Source of the DNA: Nemertoderma westbladi
Lineage: Eukaryota; Animalia; Xenacoelomorpha
Reading direction: 5' to 3'
Length of the DNA: 64,000 nucleotides
Assembly (NCBI GenBank): GCA_032718475.1
Contig: JAUCBJ010002096.1
Span: 1 to 64,000 of the forward strand
Made by a program: the position numbers and the translations under genes. Below are positions 58,522-64,000 of the stretch, in pieces (positions within the stretch are counted from its first letter, which is position 1; each line of letters begins with the position of its first letter). The notes beneath the pieces were generated by a model. That model saw only the letters and a list, made by a program, of their open reading frames with translations. It was not told the DNA's origin and searched no databases.

Positions 58522-60739
58522 GAGAGGTCAAGAATATGTGCCGTTTTAACTCTGTCAAATTGTCCTTCTTAGGGGCTGAGGGGCTGACGATCTTCTTATA
58601 GCCAGCCAGCTTTCTGCCTCTCTAGTATTATTATTTAGCAATTAAACTCTTTTCCTTGGAATAGGGAACGTTTTGCTTAGAGTTACTTCTAGTTGTGCTG
58701 CTCTATGTCTGGATGTTACATACCAGAATGATCTAAGAGTACATACAAAATCCAATGGTAAATATGCAGCATATTATAAGCAATGTGGTGGTGCTATACA
58801 ATAAAGAAAACGCCTTATTGCCAAAACCTGCACTGCAATCCCAGCTTCCCGGACATTTCGCTATAGCACCAGTCTCTTGTGGTATGGCAAATTCCTGACT
58901 TGAACATAAATAGTGGTCAGTCAATAACATTCTCCACCTTTTCAAAGACATTGGGCATGAGAATATTGCCGAATATGGAAAGTGTATGGCCAACTGATTG
59001 CTTTTGTGTGGCTTTGTTTCTGTATCTACTGGCAATGCAATGCAATACAATGCAACATACTGCGGCTTGTCAACTGTGTGTTTATGGATGTCTCTGGATT
59101 TTCGACTGAAAAGCCAATGACGAGTGTACTAATTAAAAAAAATATTTTTGTGACGTTAGGCCAGGGATTACGACTTATTACCAGTGTCCAATGATCCCCC
59201 GTGATCTATACTCTATATATTCAGAAATATACTAATGATTATTCCTCTGGAATACTATCTTTCAAACAGCCCAATCAGCAGCACTAGCAAATTGTTGTAA
59301 TATTCCTGATCCCATCAACTGACGGCTCTGTGTGTTACTGTTATTTAACCCATACAATTACAACGCCGCATCCAGGTCGTCGCCAGCACAAACCCATAGT
59401 GGATACACTCTCTCTGTTGCCAAGGGCGAACACTTAGTCTACTTTGTGGTATACCTTAGATCTGGCTTTGATTTCACCCCATCATTTGGTAAATTGTGTC
59501 GGCTGACAGAGCAGCCTGCACCATGATATTCCCACATGTTTGTTTCTTAGTGGTGTGGGATTGCCATGGTGTGGCCCCGTAGAGTCGCAGGGTTCTCCCC
59601 CCTCCTTGGATATAATCCTGTGCGATGTGTTGCAAGCGCTATTCATTTACTTGTGACCCTTCGGAAGAGCAATGTAAATGCAAAAAGTTTAATACCAAGT
59701 AATTGCATGAAATTAAATACTCTATATTCTACATGAATAAAATATGGATAAAGTAACAACATATGCCTAAAGCAGAATACCAAATGCCCATTGTCTTCTA
59801 ATTAAAAATATTATAAAACTTGGTCTGCATACATACATCTTCTCTGAATGCAATCACCCCGTTTACCCTTGAAACCAGCTGAATGTCAGATATGTTATGG
59901 TGACGGCCTCACAAGTTACGATCAGAAGAAGGTAACAATTAATTATTTAAAATTTAAATCCGACATTTATACCCCAAGGTGGGACCTATAAACCATAGGT
60001 AGCACCTTAGCACAATGTAATAGGCATTATATGGATTCGGGTGGTTTCATGTTTTAGTATGTACCATCAAATGCTATATCATTAGCAAATAATCATTCTC
60101 TTAAAACATCAGTTATGAAAATAATATTATAAAGTCGTAATGTGTAATAATTTTCAAAAAAATCACTTATTTGTAGAGTAATTTAATTATCACTAATTAC
60201 TAAATTAGTAATTGGCGAGTGCTTATTGTACACTTCTTGTATTTTTTGATTTTGGTCAATTTTCAGAAAATCCTCAATGATGCCAATTGGGCATCAGTCG
60301 GATTCTTGATGACAACAATATTACCAACCCGAAACAGTTAAAACACGTTCGAGGGGCTTTCGCGCAGCACGAGAGCCTATATTATAAAGTACAATATAAT
60401 ATTGTCTATTAGATATACGAAAACACCGTCTTTACCAAAATATATATAAGTGAAGGCGATGCTATCAGTTTGTGATAAACTAGTTGTAAAAACAGAGATC
60501 CATTTCAGTTTGCCCTTACACACTTTAACTGTCATTTGTAAACCTTCTAACTAGGGCTATTTAAGTTAAGTATGACATTTTTAGTTTTACAATACTCTTC
60601 TCCTTCATTAGCCTCGTTGCGCTCGTCCTGTTTTGACTTAAAATAATCTTCCTAAACGGAGACTAGCGACCTTTATAACTGTGCCTCTCGAAACTGTGAG
60701 AGTAACTGTTGATTTATGGCAGGTGGATACTCGTATCCA

Positions 60740-60950
60740 CTGTAATCTCGTTGCGTTCGTTTTTTTTTTACCAAACTTCCGATTCTTTCTAAACTTTTGC
60801 CGGAATACATACGTACCAAGTTTCGTTTAATCTCATCAAGGAATAACCGAGTTATTAGCGATCAAATATTTATGACGACGACGACGACGACATACAACTC
60901 GTTAATGGCGCCCATATGCTAAGGCTTCGCTCACTTCGGGGCTCGCCCAT
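60740..60950. mobile_element. HINE/Lep1-like element end
   Basis: ccaagtttcgtttaatc...ccgagttattagcg, a (GAC)n microsatellite and a GC-rich terminal segment ggcttcgctcacttcggggctcgccc. Confidence 0.45.
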
Positions 60951-61427
60951 CATTTACTATATACTTGCATGCAAGGTATAATGCGATATTTGCCGGACTA
61001 AAAACTAATTAAACCAATTAAATAAAAAATAACTAAATAATGTGTTTATTTTATTAGTAAATACTAGTAAATCAACAGGATAAAACAAACTTAACAATTA
61101 CATGTATATTAATTAATATCTTGATTTATTTTACGCCGATAAATGATATTTTATAGCAGAAAAGAAATGAATGATGTTATGATGATGTTATGATGTGAAT
61201 GATGTATTGTTGAGATCATCAGAGATACATGTTAACCCGGGGAATTGCGTATTAATAATGGGGGGAAAGGTGATTCGCCTTTATACCATTTCTATCCCCG
61301 AAACCTTGAGTGGAGGAAGCCAAATATCAGTCTCCTTCGTACGCGACCCACAGGGGAGTCTCAAGCATTGTCACTCCTTTAACGACAAGGGTCTCGTTGA
61401 GGTGGTGAATGAAGATTTCGGCTTTAT

Positions 61428-61545
61428 TGTGCACCACACACCGGCGTTGGTTCACCACACACCGTCACTGGTGCATCACACACCGTCAGTGGTGCACCAT
61501 ACACACAGTTATTGGTGCACAACAACCGTCAGTGGTGCACCACAG
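61428..61545. repeat. 21-bp tandem repeat (ggtgcaccacacaccgtcagt), ~5 copies
   Basis: Read directly. Confidence 0.85.
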
Positions 61546-62039
61546 ATTGGACAGGGTATACGATGTGGCGTCAGCGTTGATTATCGCGATATCGAAGGAC
61601 GCCACGCGTTGATTTTCCCAGACAACTCGACCCACCAAAAATTAAATTAAACTAGATCTCTGGTAGATCTTTTTGTTTCAAAGTAAGAAGTGTCGAATAA
61701 TGTGATAGGCTACACTAGCAATGCTTTGTGCTCGGGGACTAAATAAGCACAGTGGCTGAATCACACCCAGTTACTAAATAAATAAATAATTTGCGCCAGA
61801 ACGCATTGCCATGAAGTTGCTTTTAGTTTTAGGGAGACCTACATAACATGAAATATTCATGAGCTCCATCTTTGTAGTTCGCACTTAATTAAAATCCAAA
61901 GAAATTTATTGGGTTGACTGAGTGCAACTCCAATTCAATATACAGTAATGAAAACCAGGCCAATCTCTTCCTATTAGAATTTCATCAATCAATTACCCGA
62001 CACATTTTGGGAACTCACTTAATAAAAGCTTTGGAACAA

Positions 62040-64000
62040 GGTGTGGTGCCAAGTCGGACCGACATGGAGGGGCGAGATGAGGTGCCAAGTCGGACCAACA
62101 TGGATTAACGAGATGATGTTCCAAAGCAGACCGACATGGCGGGGCGAGATGAGGTGCCAAGTCAGACCGACAAGGAGGTGCAAGATGAGGTGCTAAGTCG
62201 GACCGACATGAGGAGCGAGATGAAGTGCCAAGTCGGACCAACATGGATTAACGAGATGAGGTTCCAAGACCCGACCAACATGGAGGGGCGAGATGAGGTG
62301 CCAAGTCAGACCGACAAGGAGGTGCAAGATGAGGTGCTAAGTCGGACCTACATGAGGAGCGAGATGAAGTGCCAAGTCGTACCGACATGGAGGGGCGATG
62401 AGGTGTCTAGTCGGACCGACATGGCGGGGCGAGATGAGGTGCCAAGTCGGACCAACATGGATTAACGAGATGAGGTTCCAAGACGGACCAACATGGCGGG
62501 ATGAGATGAGGTGCCACGTTGGACCGACAAGGAGGCGCGAGATGAGGTGCTAAGTCGGACTGACATGAGGAGCGAGATGAAGTGCCAAGTTGGACCGACA
62601 TGGAGGGGAGATGAGGTGTCTAGTCGGACCGACATGGCGGGGCGAGATGAGGTGCCAAGTCGGACCGACATGGCGGGGCGAGATGAGGTGCCAAGTCGGA
62701 CCGACATGGCGGGGCGAGATGAGGTGCCAAGTCAGACCGACAAGGAGGTGCAAGATGAGGTGCTAAGTCGGACCTACATGAGGAGCGAGATGAAGTGCCA
62801 AGTCGTACCGACATGGAGGGGCGATGAGGTGTCTAGTCGGACCGACATGGCGGGGCGAGATGAGGTGCCAAGTCGGACCAACATGGATTAACGAGATGAG
62901 GTTCCAAGACGGACCAACATGGCGGGATGAGATGAGGTGCCACGTTGGACCGACAAGGAGGCGCGAGATGAGGTGCTAAGTCGGACTGACATGAGGAGCG
63001 AGATGAAGTGCCAAGTTGGACCGACATGGAGGGGAGATGAGGTGTCTAGTCGGACCGACATGGCGGGGCGAGATGAGGTGCCAAGTCGGACCGACATGGC
63101 GGGGCGAGATGAGGTGCCAAGTCGGACCGACATGGCGGGGCGAGATGAGGTGCCAAGTCAGACCGACAAGGAGGCGCGAGATGAGGTGCTAAGTCGGACT
63201 GACATGAGGAGCGAGATGAAGTGCCAAGTTGGACCGACATGGAGGGGAGATGAGGTGTCTAGTCGGACCGACATGGCGGGGCGAGATGAAGTGCCAAGTT
63301 GGACCGACATGGAGGGGAGATGAGGTTGCAAGGCTGACCGACATGACGGGGCAAGATGAGGTGCCAAGTCGGACTGTCAACATGGATTAACGAAATGAGG
63401 TTCCAAGACGGACCAACGTGGAGGGGCGAGATGAGGTAGAAGTCGGACCGACATGGAGGGTTGATGAGGTGTCAAGTCAGACCGACATGGAGGGGCGAGA
63501 TGAGGTGCAAAGTCGGACCGACATGGAGGGGCGAGATGAGGTGTCAAGTCGGAACGACATGGTGGATCGAGACGAGGTGCTAAGTCGGACCGACATGAGG
63601 GGCGAGATGAAGTGCCAAGTCGGACCGACATGGCAAGGCGAGATGAAGTATCAAGTCGGACCAACATGGATTAACGAGATGAGGTTCCAAGATGGACTGC
63701 CATGGAGGGGCGAGATGAGGTCCAAGTCGGACCGAAAAGGAGGCGCGAGATGAGGAGCTAGGTCGGACCGACATGGAGGGGCGAGATGAGGTGCCAAGTC
63801 GGACCGACGTGGAGGAGCGAGATGAGGTGCTAAGTCGGACCAACATGAGGGGCGAGATGAAGTGCCAAGTCGGACCGATATGGAGGGGCAATGAGGTGTA
63901 AAGTCGGACCGACATGGAGGGGCGAGATGAGGTGCCAAGTCGGACCTACAAGGAGGTGCAATATGAGGTGCTAAGTTGGACCGACATGGAGGGGCGAGAT
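62040..64000. repeat. 35-36 bp minisatellite (gtcggaccgacatggaggggcgagatgaggtgccaa) with 426-bp higher-order repeat, continuing past the window end
   Basis: Read directly. Identical ORF translations occur at offset 426 (62407/62833, 62462/62888, 62511/62937). Confidence 0.95.

Noticed and set aside
58733-59526. Downstream GPCR exons or a Harbinger transposase fragment
   Set aside because: No LAxxD/DRY/NPxxY motifs, and the resemblance of LKRWRMLL to Harbinger nucleases is too weak to call.

Overview
This is AT-rich, repeat-dense eukaryotic (metazoan-type) genomic DNA, not a prokaryotic region. Bases 1-26300 are almost entirely two adjacent, co-oriented clusters of non-autonomous rolling-circle (Helitron/Helentron-like) elements. 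Family 1 (1-11720) has perfect head-to-tail junctions and swappable internal modules. Family 2 (11721-26299) has 12 copies of a ~1.27 kb unit, one nested inside another, separated by unique 0-202 bp spacers. The spacers appear to concatenate into a single ~0.5 kb ancestral target, which would imply repeated same-strand insertion at WA|Y sites. Downstream are a BEL/Pao-type gag-protease ORF lacking RT, a MULE-SWIM transposase pseudogene, a 5'-truncated CRE-like non-LTR element with a large in-frame insert in its RT, two decayed LINEs, several minisatellites and small DINE/MITE-like elements. The only recognisable host coding sequence is the first coding exon of an aminergic-type class A GPCR (51369-51556). 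All family calls come from motif reading by eye; no database searches were run.
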